From Candidatus Omnitrophota bacterium (lineage in GTDB: Bacteria > Omnitrophota > Gorgyraeia > Zapsychrales > JANLHA01): a stretch of DNA of 64,000 bases. The position numbers were made by a program, and so were the translations under genes. The stretch spans positions 67,796 to 131,795 of the forward strand of contig JAKQKX010000063.1 in the NCBI GenBank assembly GCA_029560465.1, written 5' to 3'. The notes under the pieces were generated by a model that did no database searches, was not told the origin of the DNA, and worked only from the letters and a program-made list of their open reading frames with translations. Position 1 is the stretch's first letter; every line of letters starts with the position of its first letter. Shown piece by piece: positions 9,565-18,114 of this stretch.

Positions 9565-9740
9565 TACTCCATTGTTTTTAGTTTTATAATCTTAATAGGA
9601 GAGGGGGTGTGGAGAACGGATCTAGTTTTTATCACTACTATCTGACCGCAAGGTTAGATTTCCCCGGCAAGAGGCTGGGAACTGATATAAATAATTTATT
9701 TGAAGGAAATTGGGTTTAACAAATTGGAGGTAACTTAGAG

Positions 9741-10601
9741 ATGCACAAAAAGATTTTGTTATGCATGATGGCGGCCATCTTAGGCGTGTCCTTAGCCATT
9801 CCGGTGCCAGCGGCTGCTTATAATTTTGGAGATTACCGTTCCGTGACACTGATCACGAGTGCTTGGCAGGCCTTAGGGGAGAATGATTTGGAAGCCGTAT
9901 TGGCTTATACGAATAAATGTGTTGAATTATATTCTGAGCAGGCCAAAAAAATGCAGGCCAGCCTGACGGCTTATCCAACCGGCACTAATGATGAAATTTT
10001 CTCTTACTGGGCGTTAAACGATATCGCGACCGGTTTGTTTATTCAGGGTGAAGCGTACCGCAAGGCCAAAATGACAGACGAAGCGGTGAAAGCGTATCAG
10101 ACCGTTGTGGATGAGTATACCTATGGCCAGTGCTGGGATCCGAAGGGATGGTTCTGGAAACCGGCGGAAGCCGCGAAAGAGAAAATTGCTATGATCGAAT
10201 CCGGATCAAATCTGGATTTTGGCGACTATACCTCCATGACTTTAACGGTTAAAGCTTGGGAAGCCCTTGGCAACAAAGATCTGGACAGTGTCGTGGCCTA
10301 TACGAATAAGTGCCTGGAGCTTTATGAAGCGAAAGCTAAAGAGATGCAGGAATCCATGACCGAATATGCTTGGGAATCCAAAGACAAGATTTTCTCTTAC
10401 TGGGCGCTCAATGACGTTGGAACCTGCTATTTTATCAGAGGCGAAGCTTATTTGAACGCCGGGAAGAAAGAAGAAGCGAAGAAAAACTTCAAGAAACTGG
10501 TAGACGAATATTATTTCTCGCAGTGCTGGGATCCGAAGGGCTGGTTCTGGAAGCCGGCAGAAGGCGCCCAGCAGAAACTAGAGGCTCTGGAGGAAGAATA
10601 A
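9741..10601 (+). CDS. secreted protein made of two tandem copies of a Trp-rich helical module of unknown function
   Basis: A signal peptide precedes residues 28-147 and 158-277, which are about 55% identical to each other. Both copies end in YGQCWDPKGWFWKPAE / FSQCWDPKGWFWKPAE. Confidence 0.75.
   Translation: MHKKILLCMMAAILGVSLAIPVPAAAYNFGDYRSVTLITSAWQALGENDLEAVLAYTNKCVELYSEQAKKMQASLTAYPTGTNDEIFSYWALNDIATGLFIQGEAYRKAKMTDEAVKAYQTVVDEYTYGQCWDPKGWFWKPAEAAKEKIAMIESGSNLDFGDYTSMTLTVKAWEALGNKDLDSVVAYTNKCLELYEAKAKEMQESMTEYAWESKDKIFSYWALNDVGTCYFIRGEAYLNAGKKEEAKKNFKKLVDEYYFSQCWDPKGWFWKPAEGAQQKLEALEEE
9822..10571 (+). repeat. intragenic tandem duplication (2 x ~390 nt) encoding the Trp-rich module
   Basis: The DNA and protein self-similarity is visible by eye: FGDYRSVTLITSAWQALGENDLEAVLAYTNKC versus FGDYTSMTLTVKAWEALGNKDLDSVVAYTNKC. 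Confidence 0.7.
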
Positions 10602-10640
10602 TCCCGTCCGCGGGCCTTTGGTGTTGATCCGTATTTCTTA

Positions 10641-10690
10641 AACAGGATCCTCAAGGGTGTTTCCTCAACTTGAGGATCCTGTTTTTCTTT
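10641..10690 (+). terminator. rho-independent terminator
   Basis: A perfect 15-bp stem (AACAGGATCCTCAAG ... CTTGAGGATCCTGTT) is followed by TTTCTTT, directly after the stop at 10601. Confidence 0.8.
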
Positions 10691-10756
10691 ATCATCCTGC
10701 AGTCAATTTAATATTAGGTTATGGGTGTTGATTTACATGAAAGGGCGAGATGTCTT

Positions 10757-11398
10757 ATGAACAAAATTGTCTTTTTCTGGGGGCTGTGTTTCCTGGTAAT
10801 ATGCGGCTGCAACCGGAGCAGTTCCAGCCTGACATCACAGGGAAATTCGAACCGGAATGTTGAACAGGAAGAAACCAATTTCCAGCCGTTCCTTGTTTAT
10901 AAAGACAAAGGGTCCAGGGGAAATCATTTTGTCCCTTCCGGTTTTATGCCGAACGGGAAATGTATTAATTTTAACGACGCCTGGCAGGAAAATTGTTATG
11001 ACGGCAAAACCTGTATTCGTGTGGAGTATGACGTGGCTTGCTCGAAAGATGATCAGAAATGGGCCGGCATTTATTGGCTGAACCCGGCGAATAACTGGGG
11101 CAGCCGTAAGGGCGGGTTTAACCTCGCGGGCGCCAGGGAGTTGAGCTTTTGGGCCAAGGGCGAAAAAGGCGGCGAACGTATTGAGGAATTCAAGATGGGC
11201 GGGATTACCGGGGATTTTCCGGATTCCGACATGGCGATCATCGGGCCGGTGATCCTGACGAACGAGTGGCGCAAATACACGATCGATTTGAGGGGCCGCG
11301 ATTTGTCTTACGTGAGCGGCGGCTTTTCTTGGTCGACGAATGTCGACGTAAATCCCGACGCCTGCACGTTTTACCTGGATAATATCCAATATCAATAG
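10757..11398 (+). CDS. lipoprotein with a possible carbohydrate-binding-module-like beta-sandwich domain
   Basis: The internal ATG at 10757 gives the lipobox FLVICGC. The body is rich in aromatic/Gly/Asn residues (GIYWLNPANNWGSRKGGFNLAGARELSFWAKGEKGGERI), typical of CBM-like folds. Confidence 0.45.
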   Translation: MNKIVFFWGLCFLVICGCNRSSSSLTSQGNSNRNVEQEETNFQPFLVYKDKGSRGNHFVPSGFMPNGKCINFNDAWQENCYDGKTCIRVEYDVACSKDDQKWAGIYWLNPANNWGSRKGGFNLAGARELSFWAKGEKGGERIEEFKMGGITGDFPDSDMAIIGPVILTNEWRKYTIDLRGRDLSYVSGGFSWSTNVDVNPDACTFYLDNIQYQ

Positions 11399-11423
11399 TA
11401 GTCGCTATTCACGGTCTTTATGA

Positions 11424-11456
11424 AGGGGGGGCGGGTTACCGTTCCCCCGTTTTTTT
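11424..11456 (+). terminator. rho-independent terminator
   Basis: The GGGGGGGCGG ... CCGTTCCCCC stem contains two G-U pairs and is followed by TTTTTTT. Confidence 0.6.
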
Positions 11457-11659
11457 GTCCCGGCAGCCCCGCATTGATATCACGAACCCGCCGCTGTCGT
11501 CGCTCGACTTGCCCGCCCGGCGAGCCCCTCCTTAAAAATCGAAAGGGCTCTCCGAGAGTTGTTCTTCTTTGCATTTTGTTTCTTTTTTTCTTGTACTCCC
11601 TTATATCCTTTGTTATATTCATATCAAGCTTATAAATATTATTATCATAAGGAGATGAT

Positions 11660-12982
11660 ATGTCGAGAGCTGCAAAGTCTATTTTAGTGTTTTTGCTCTT
11701 ATTGCTTTTTGTCTCCGTCGGAGTACTGACGTATGTCGCTTTTCAGAAGCAAGAGTCCGATAAATCAAAATTATCCCTGGAAAAGCAGATGGATGATTTT
11801 CAGCAGAGGGAGAAAAAATATATCCTTGAGAATAAAGATTTGCAGGAGAAGTTGAAGGATGTTGAAAAGAAGAAAGCCGAACTTGAAGAACGCTTGAGTT
11901 CTTTTGGCGGTGATATGGAGTCCCTCAACAAGCAGATCGCGGATTTAACCAGTGAACGGGAAGTTTTGCAGGAAAAAATCGCGGAGCTGGAAAAGGAACG
12001 GAACACCTTATTGACCAGGGTTAAAGAAAAGCCGGAGCCGCAGATTGTTTATAAATACGTGGACCGGGAAACCGGCGCGCCGGTGGAGTCCCCGGGGGCG
12101 GCCTCTCCCGCGGCGGGGAAGAAGCCGGAAGAACCGGTGATCAGCAAAGAAATCCCGGCGGTGAGGGTTCCGGAGATATCTCCTGACAACGAAACATATT
12201 GGGCTCAGGTCATCCGGGAAAAAACTTCCCTTGAGCTGGAGGTGAACACTTTAAAAAAGAAATTGGATGCCAATATGCTCGAACTGGAAGCCTTAAAAAA
12301 ATCCAATTCCGACTTGGAATTAGAAATCGCCGAGTTAGCGAATACCAAAGATTCCATCGAGAGAGAGATCAAACATGGCAAAGATCTGGCGGATAATTTG
12401 TCTTTGGCTTTAGCACGGGCGGAGAATGATAAGGAATTCTTAAACGGCCGGTTTGCAAAACTCAACGATGAAAATTCATCCTTGAGGGTCCAGATTAAAG
12501 ATTTGACATCAACCAAGATCGCCCTGGAAAAAAGTATTGTCCGCTTGCAGGATGAGAAGAAGGACGTGGAGCGGAAATTGATGGAAACCGAGCATGTCAT
12601 TCAAAACCGCATTGATGAAATCTGGCAGATTAAGGACAGCCTAGAGAAGAATTTTCAGATGTCCGGAGCCTCGTCAAAGGCGGTCGAGTTGCCGCCAATT
12701 GTTGTTTCTGGCGCTGGAGAAACGTCGACAAGGGCCGCCCCGGAGGTTATTTTGACCGTCCCGGGGTTTAACGGCAACATCGTTTCTGTGAATGATGAAA
12801 ATAATTTTGTTATCGTTGATTTAGGGCAGAATGATGGCATCAAGCTTGGGGATAACATGAGCGTTTACCGGGGCGCGGAATATGTCGCGGCCCTGGAAGT
12901 GATCCAGGTGCGCAAAGATATAGCCGCCGCGGACATTAAAAACAAAGTCACCACAATCCGTGTCGGTGACGCCGTACGATAA
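11660..12982 (+). CDS. membrane-anchored long coiled-coil protein with a C-terminal beta-rich (SAF/FlgA-like) domain
   Basis: An N-terminal TM helix is followed by ~300 aa of heptad-repeat K/E/L-rich sequence. The C-terminus reads NIVSVNDENNFVIVDLGQNDGIKLGDNMSVY. Confidence 0.5.
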   Translation: MSRAAKSILVFLLLLLFVSVGVLTYVAFQKQESDKSKLSLEKQMDDFQQREKKYILENKDLQEKLKDVEKKKAELEERLSSFGGDMESLNKQIADLTSEREVLQEKIAELEKERNTLLTRVKEKPEPQIVYKYVDRETGAPVESPGAASPAAGKKPEEPVISKEIPAVRVPEISPDNETYWAQVIREKTSLELEVNTLKKKLDANMLELEALKKSNSDLELEIAELANTKDSIEREIKHGKDLADNLSLALARAENDKEFLNGRFAKLNDENSSLRVQIKDLTSTKIALEKSIVRLQDEKKDVERKLMETEHVIQNRIDEIWQIKDSLEKNFQMSGASSKAVELPPIVVSGAGETSTRAAPEVILTVPGFNGNIVSVNDENNFVIVDLGQNDGIKLGDNMSVYRGAEYVAALEVIQVRKDIAAADIKNKVTTIRVGDAVR

Positions 12983-12993
12983 TTCAGGACAAC

Positions 12994-13998
12994 GTGACCA
13001 GGAAACGTAAAGTCAGCATAGAGGATGTCGCCCGCCGCGCCAAGGTTTCCATTACAACCGTTTCGCGTGTTATCAACAATGTTCCCACCGTCAGCCAGCA
13101 AAATCGTTCTAAAGTTGAAGAAGCGATCACCGCTTTGAAATATAAGCCGGATGTCAGCGCCCAGCGTTTGGCCAGCGGCACCAATAATGCCATCGGCTTG
13201 GTCATGCCCGGCTATCCGGGGATTTTTTATTCTTTTTACGCCATCGAAATTATCCGGGGGGTGGGGCATGCCTGTGAGACCCTGCGCCTGGATTTGGTGT
13301 TTCATATCACCAACGGGTTTAATCCGCTGAATACTAATAGCGTTGGAGGCGTCATTTTTGCCGATATCATTGAGAACCGGAAACAGGTTGAAGAAGCGTT
13401 ATCCGCCGATATACCTTGCATGGTCATTAATAATGTCGTGGATGACCTGGATGTGAATTATATCGGGATCGATAACGTCGCCGGAGGCCGTATTGCCGCC
13501 GATTATCTTGTCAGCCTGGGGCACCAGCGTGTCGCTATGATTACCGGAAAATTACAGACACAAGCCGGGTTTCAGCGCTTTGAAGGTTTTCAGCAGGGGC
13601 TTCAGAAGGAAAACATAGCTTTGAAGGATGAATATGTGGTTGAGGGGGATTATTCCCGCCGCAGCGCCCGGAATGCGACGGAGAAACTTCTCGCGCTTCC
13701 TCAGCCGCCGACCGCTATATTTGCGGCAAGCGATGATATGGCTTTGGAGGTCATTACCGTGATACAGGAAAGAGGGATGAAGGTCCCTGATGATATTTCG
13801 GTGATCGGGTTTGACGATAATCCCGCCAGCCTTTATGGCGCTATTGCTTTGACCACGATCCGGCAGTCTTTGTTCCAGATGGCCGAATACGCCGTGAAAT
13901 ACCTGCAGAACATAATGTCCGGGAAAAAGAAATCCGCTGTCCAGATGGTTTTAACTCCGCAGCTTGTTGTCCGCGATTCCTGCCGTGCCCTGAAGTAG
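12994..13998 (+). CDS. LacI-family transcriptional regulator
   Basis: GTG start. The N-terminal HTH (VSIEDVARRAKVSITTVSRVINN) is followed by a periplasmic-binding-fold sugar sensor domain. Confidence 0.85.
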   Translation: MTRKRKVSIEDVARRAKVSITTVSRVINNVPTVSQQNRSKVEEAITALKYKPDVSAQRLASGTNNAIGLVMPGYPGIFYSFYAIEIIRGVGHACETLRLDLVFHITNGFNPLNTNSVGGVIFADIIENRKQVEEALSADIPCMVINNVVDDLDVNYIGIDNVAGGRIAADYLVSLGHQRVAMITGKLQTQAGFQRFEGFQQGLQKENIALKDEYVVEGDYSRRSARNATEKLLALPQPPTAIFAASDDMALEVITVIQERGMKVPDDISVIGFDDNPASLYGAIALTTIRQSLFQMAEYAVKYLQNIMSGKKKSAVQMVLTPQLVVRDSCRALK

Positions 13999-14178
13999 AC
14001 AGACCCTTCCTTCAAAAGCAGCCTTGTCTGGCCACAGATTTTCATTATCTTATTAAGATGGGGCCTTGAAAAATTTAACCTGGCCAGGGACGGCCTGGCA
14101 GCATGAAAACATTGACAAATCAATGATTTAGCGCTAGTTTAATAATTCAAGAACAGGGGACGGACGCGAGGAAATTGT

Positions 14179-14352
14179 ATGCACAAAACCATAACCATCT
14201 TTATGTACTTGTTGTGGGGATTGACTATTCTGGCGGTCTTTGCGGCGACTTTTAAAGATTTTCAGTATGAAGATCTGAACCTGATCGCACTGGTGTCGTT
14301 TGTTTTCGCGGTTCTTAATTCCATCCTGGCATTAACAATGAATAAAAAGTAA
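14179..14352 (+). CDS. small (57 aa) two-TM membrane protein
   Basis: ATG with a GAGGA RBS 6 nt upstream. The product MHKTITIFMYLLWGLTILAVFAATFKDFQYEDLNLIALVSFVFAVLNSILALTMNKK is below the ORF-track length cutoff. Confidence 0.35.
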   Translation: MHKTITIFMYLLWGLTILAVFAATFKDFQYEDLNLIALVSFVFAVLNSILALTMNKK

Positions 14353-14367
14353 TGGATAATAAACAGT

Positions 14368-16254
14368 ATGTTTGATAGAGAATATCAATGTGTCGTGATT
14401 GGGGGAGGACATGCGGGGGTCGAAGCGGCCTTGGCTGCGAGCCGTATGGGCTGCGAAACGCTCTTGGTGACGTTGTCTTTCCCAACGATCGGGCAGATGA
14501 GCTGTAATCCGGCGGTCGGGGGCGTGGGGAAGGGGCAGCTTGTCAAAGAAATCGACTGCCTTGGCGGGGAAATGGCTTTGGCCGCTGACCGCACGGGCAT
14601 CCAGTTCCGGCGGCTTAATGCTTCGAAAGGACAGGCGGTCCGTTCGAGCCGGTGTCAGAGTGACCGCAAACAATACAGGGAATATATGCAGGACGTTATC
14701 CGTCGGCAGGCGCGGCTCACGGTCTTGGAAGACGAAGCCTGCGCGTTGCTAGTCCGTCATTCTCAAATAACAGGTGTCAGGACGAGCCAGGGATTAACCC
14801 TGGGTGCCCGGGCGGTGGTGATCGCTGGCGGGACATTTTTAAACGGTCGGATCCATATCGGAAAGACAATCGTCCCGGGCGGACGCATTGATGAGCCGGC
14901 GTGCGTGCGGCTTGCCGCCAGTTTGTCGGAATTGGGTTTTGAAGTCCTGTCGTTTAAGACCGGAACCCCGCCAAGGCTCGACGGGAAGACCATAGACTTT
15001 TCCTCTTTGGAAGAGCAGCATTCGGATAACCCGCCTTTGCCGTTTTCATTCCGGACGCCGTCGATCCCTCCGGGGCAGGCCCTCCGACCGTGTTACATCA
15101 CCCGGACATGTGAGAAGACGCATGATATCATCCGGGCGAATATGCATTTATCTCCCATGTATTCGGGGCAGATTCATTCCACAGGGGTCCGGTATTGCCC
15201 TTCGATTGAAGATAAATTAAAGAAATTCAGTGACAAATTGTCTCACCACGTGTTTTTAGAGCCGGAGGGGCTGGAGACTGATGAATATTATCCCAATGGG
15301 ATTTCGACCGGCTTGCCTGCCGAGGTCCAGGAGGCCTTTGTGCGTTCTATCCCGGGGCTCGAACGGGTTAAAATTAACCGTTACGGGTACTCTATTGAAC
15401 ACGGCGTTATTCGTCCGACGGAACTTAAAGCTACGCTGGAAACGAAAAGGATCAGGGGGCTTTATTGCGCGGGACAGGTTAACGGCACCACCGGATACGA
15501 AGAAGCGGCGGCGCAGGGGATTGTGGCCGGGATCAATGCGGCTTGCGCCGTGCTGGGCAAGGAACCGCTTATTTTAGGCCGTGATGAATCGTATATCGGT
15601 GTTTTGATTGACGACCTGACCACCAAGGGGACCGAAGAACCTTACCGGATGTTCACCTCCCGGGTGGAATACCGGCTGATTATCCGGGAGGATAACGCGG
15701 ATAAACGTTTGATGAAATACGGGTATGAACTTGGCCTGCTCCCGGGCGCGGATTATGACGGGATGTTGCGCAAATATGAGCTTATCGATAAGGAGATTTT
15801 TCACCTACAGTCAACGGTTGTTAGTCCCGGCCCGGACATTGACCGGGTTTTAGAAAAGAATAACAGCAGCCCTTTGCGGCAGCCGACCCCCTTGAGCCTG
15901 ATTTTAAAACGGCCGGAGATGACTTACGCGATGATCGCCCCGTTTAACGGGAATTTAAAGGATCAAGCTCTCCCGGTCATTGAACAGGTCGAGTATGAGA
16001 TCAAATATGAAGGGTTTATCAAGCGGCAGCTCAAGGATGTGGAGAAGTTCCGGCATATTGAAAATATTAAGATCCCGGGAAACATTGATTACTCCCGTAT
16101 TCCCGGGCTTTCAATAGAGATTCAACAGAAGCTTCTTTCATTCCGTCCGTTAACGTTGGGGCAGGCTAACCGTATCTCCGGAGTTACTCCGGCGGCCATT
16201 TCCATCTTGATGATTTACCTGAAAAAATTAAGCCTGGAACGGGCCCGCGGTTAA
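14368..16254 (+). CDS. mnmG: tRNA uridine-5-carboxymethylaminomethyl modification enzyme MnmG (GidA)
   Basis: An FAD-binding N-terminus (CVVIGGGHAGVEAALAASRMG) and a 628-aa length fit MnmG. Confidence 0.9.
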   Translation: MFDREYQCVVIGGGHAGVEAALAASRMGCETLLVTLSFPTIGQMSCNPAVGGVGKGQLVKEIDCLGGEMALAADRTGIQFRRLNASKGQAVRSSRCQSDRKQYREYMQDVIRRQARLTVLEDEACALLVRHSQITGVRTSQGLTLGARAVVIAGGTFLNGRIHIGKTIVPGGRIDEPACVRLAASLSELGFEVLSFKTGTPPRLDGKTIDFSSLEEQHSDNPPLPFSFRTPSIPPGQALRPCYITRTCEKTHDIIRANMHLSPMYSGQIHSTGVRYCPSIEDKLKKFSDKLSHHVFLEPEGLETDEYYPNGISTGLPAEVQEAFVRSIPGLERVKINRYGYSIEHGVIRPTELKATLETKRIRGLYCAGQVNGTTGYEEAAAQGIVAGINAACAVLGKEPLILGRDESYIGVLIDDLTTKGTEEPYRMFTSRVEYRLIIREDNADKRLMKYGYELGLLPGADYDGMLRKYELIDKEIFHLQSTVVSPGPDIDRVLEKNNSSPLRQPTPLSLILKRPEMTYAMIAPFNGNLKDQALPVIEQVEYEIKYEGFIKRQLKDVEKFRHIENIKIPGNIDYSRIPGLSIEIQQKLLSFRPLTLGQANRISGVTPAAISILMIYLKKLSLERARG

Positions 16255-16276
16255 GGACCCTGTTTTTGTTGTTATT

Positions 16277-16957
16277 ATGATGCCGCGCAAGAACACTCAA
16301 CAAATCCGCTTCTTGATATTCCTCCTGCTGGCAGCCTTTTTCCTGGCTTTGAGTCCGTTTATCCATTTTGATCAACAGGCCGTTCAGGATTACCTGAAAC
16401 GGTTTCCCGTATTCTGGTCGGCCTTGGTCTTTATTTTTTTGTACGTTGGTTTGACCTTTTTCGTCTGGGTAGGCCCTAAAGATGTCCTGCGGATCGCGGG
16501 GGCGTTCTTGTTCGGCCCGTACCTCAGTACGGTGATCGTTTGGTTCGGCGAGATGGGAAACGCGTGCGTGATGTTTTCTTTAAGCCACCATTTCGGCCGA
16601 GGATATGTCGCCGAACGGATGCCGGGGCAAATGGAGCGCCTGGATCACATGATGGCGGGAAAAAGTTCCTGGGGGATTTTTTTCGCGAAATTTTTTCCGG
16701 TGATCCCGTTCCGGTTTCTGGACCTTGCTTGTGGCCTCACCCGGATTTCGTTGAAGAAATATCTCCTGATTTCGGCAGTCGCGTCGCCTTTAAGGATTTT
16801 TGTGATCCAGTTTTTTGTCGCTTTGGGCGTGGACACAATCCTTAACCCCGCCAAATTGTCTGTGTACCTGGAACAACACCCAGCCATATTTCTCGCCGTC
16901 GCCTCTTATGTGATTGGCGCATTTGTCATGGTCGTTGTTTTTAAGAAAAAGCCGTGA
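16277..16957 (+). CDS. TVP38/TMEM64 (DedA-like) family membrane protein
   Basis: A multi-TM protein containing the characteristic FGPYLSTVIVWFGEMGNACVMFSLSHHFGR region. Confidence 0.6.
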   Translation: MMPRKNTQQIRFLIFLLLAAFFLALSPFIHFDQQAVQDYLKRFPVFWSALVFIFLYVGLTFFVWVGPKDVLRIAGAFLFGPYLSTVIVWFGEMGNACVMFSLSHHFGRGYVAERMPGQMERLDHMMAGKSSWGIFFAKFFPVIPFRFLDLACGLTRISLKKYLLISAVASPLRIFVIQFFVALGVDTILNPAKLSVYLEQHPAIFLAVASYVIGAFVMVVVFKKKP

Positions 16958-17591
16958 GGCTCCTTGCGCCGGTGCGTGGCGTCGTCCCGCAGGTTAAATC
17001 AAGGATGATTTCCGCCATCATGGCCGCGCAAGCCGTCACGCGGGGGGCCAGGGGAGGGTGACCTTGTGCGGTGTCGGTGGTCAAGTCTCCGACCAGGTAA
17101 ATGTTATTCATTTTTTTGACGGCAAGCGGCTGCTTTTCCAATAAGCCGGCCATGCCGACCCCGCTCACCACAACCGGCGCCCGGTTGTGGTAGAACGAAA
17201 CAAACGCGTGTTTAGATTCAACACGGTCAAAAGCCTCCACGATAAAATCGCAGCCGTTAAAGAATTGTTCCCCTTGGGCCGGGGCCCAGGATACCGTAAA
17301 AAGCCGCACGGCGCAGTCCGGGTTAATGGCCAGCAGGCGTTGGCGCAGCGTTTCGGTTTTCATCCGGCCGACTTCATCAAGATAGTAGTGTTGACGGTTG
17401 AGGTTGGAGTAATCAACCTTATCTGCATCCAGAATCTCAAAGTTTTTGAATCCGCAGCGGGTCAGGATGACCGCGACATTGGAGCCCAGCCCTCCGGCGC
17501 CCCCGATGCCGATCTTTTTCGACTGGATCCTTCGGAGCTGATCAGGCCGGAGATATTTGAGAAGGTTGTCTTCAAAAGGGTTCATGTCCAT
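16941..17591 (-). CDS. thiF: ThiF/MoeB-family adenylyltransferase (ThiS-activating E1-like)
   Basis: A Rossmann motif (KIGIGGAGGLGSNVAVIL) lies in the thiS-G-H context. The start is uncertain: I chose the internal ATG at 17591, and the ORF extends to 17666. Confidence 0.75.
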   Translation of the reverse strand: MDMNPFEDNLLKYLRPDQLRRIQSKKIGIGGAGGLGSNVAVILTRCGFKNFEILDADKVDYSNLNRQHYYLDEVGRMKTETLRQRLLAINPDCAVRLFTVSWAPAQGEQFFNGCDFIVEAFDRVESKHAFVSFYHNRAPVVVSGVGMAGLLEKQPLAVKKMNNIYLVGDLTTDTAQGHPPLAPRVTACAAMMAEIILDLTCGTTPRTGARSLTAFS

Positions 17592-17728
17592 TGACGGTAT
17601 GAATGAAATTTCCGCGGTTTTTCCCGCTAGGGGTGTGCCCCAATCATAACATAAACACAACGGCAACGGAAGTAATTCGTCAGGGCCTCGATGGCGCTGA
17701 ACGTCTCCCGGTTCGAAGGGAGAGGGGG

Positions 17729-17962
17729 TTAATAACGGCTGGAGGGGCGAGCTTCGATCAGCAGGATCTGGGTGATGCGTTTGGCGATTTTCACGAATGA
17801 GTAGCCGGTGATAACCACGTAGATGCTGATTTGAATGTGTCCCAGATCTTTGTTCAGGGCGTCAAAAAACGTTAAGGTGAGTCCGATAAAAACAGAAAAT
17901 ATCCCGGTCATGTGGCAAAACAGGCTAAGCCGCTCTAAGGCATATGTGTTTTCTGCTTTCAT
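17729..17962 (-). CDS. small (77 aa) two-TM membrane protein
   Basis: An AAGGAG RBS lies 6 nt upstream on the - strand. It sits in the 448-bp gap between thiH and thiF. Confidence 0.35.
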   Translation of the reverse strand: MKAENTYALERLSLFCHMTGIFSVFIGLTLTFFDALNKDLGHIQISIYVVITGYSFVKIAKRITQILLIEARPSSRY

Positions 17963-18114
17963 GTTGTTTCTCCTTGTTTTTCATTCCCGTTTACGGCGGG
18001 TTTGCTGGCGGAAGACATGACCTAACAGCCTATTAAATAAAGACTTTGGTGAAAGTATAACATATTTTTCCGTTGAAAAGAACAATATTCCTGGACCTGA
18101 CGGGATAATTGCTT

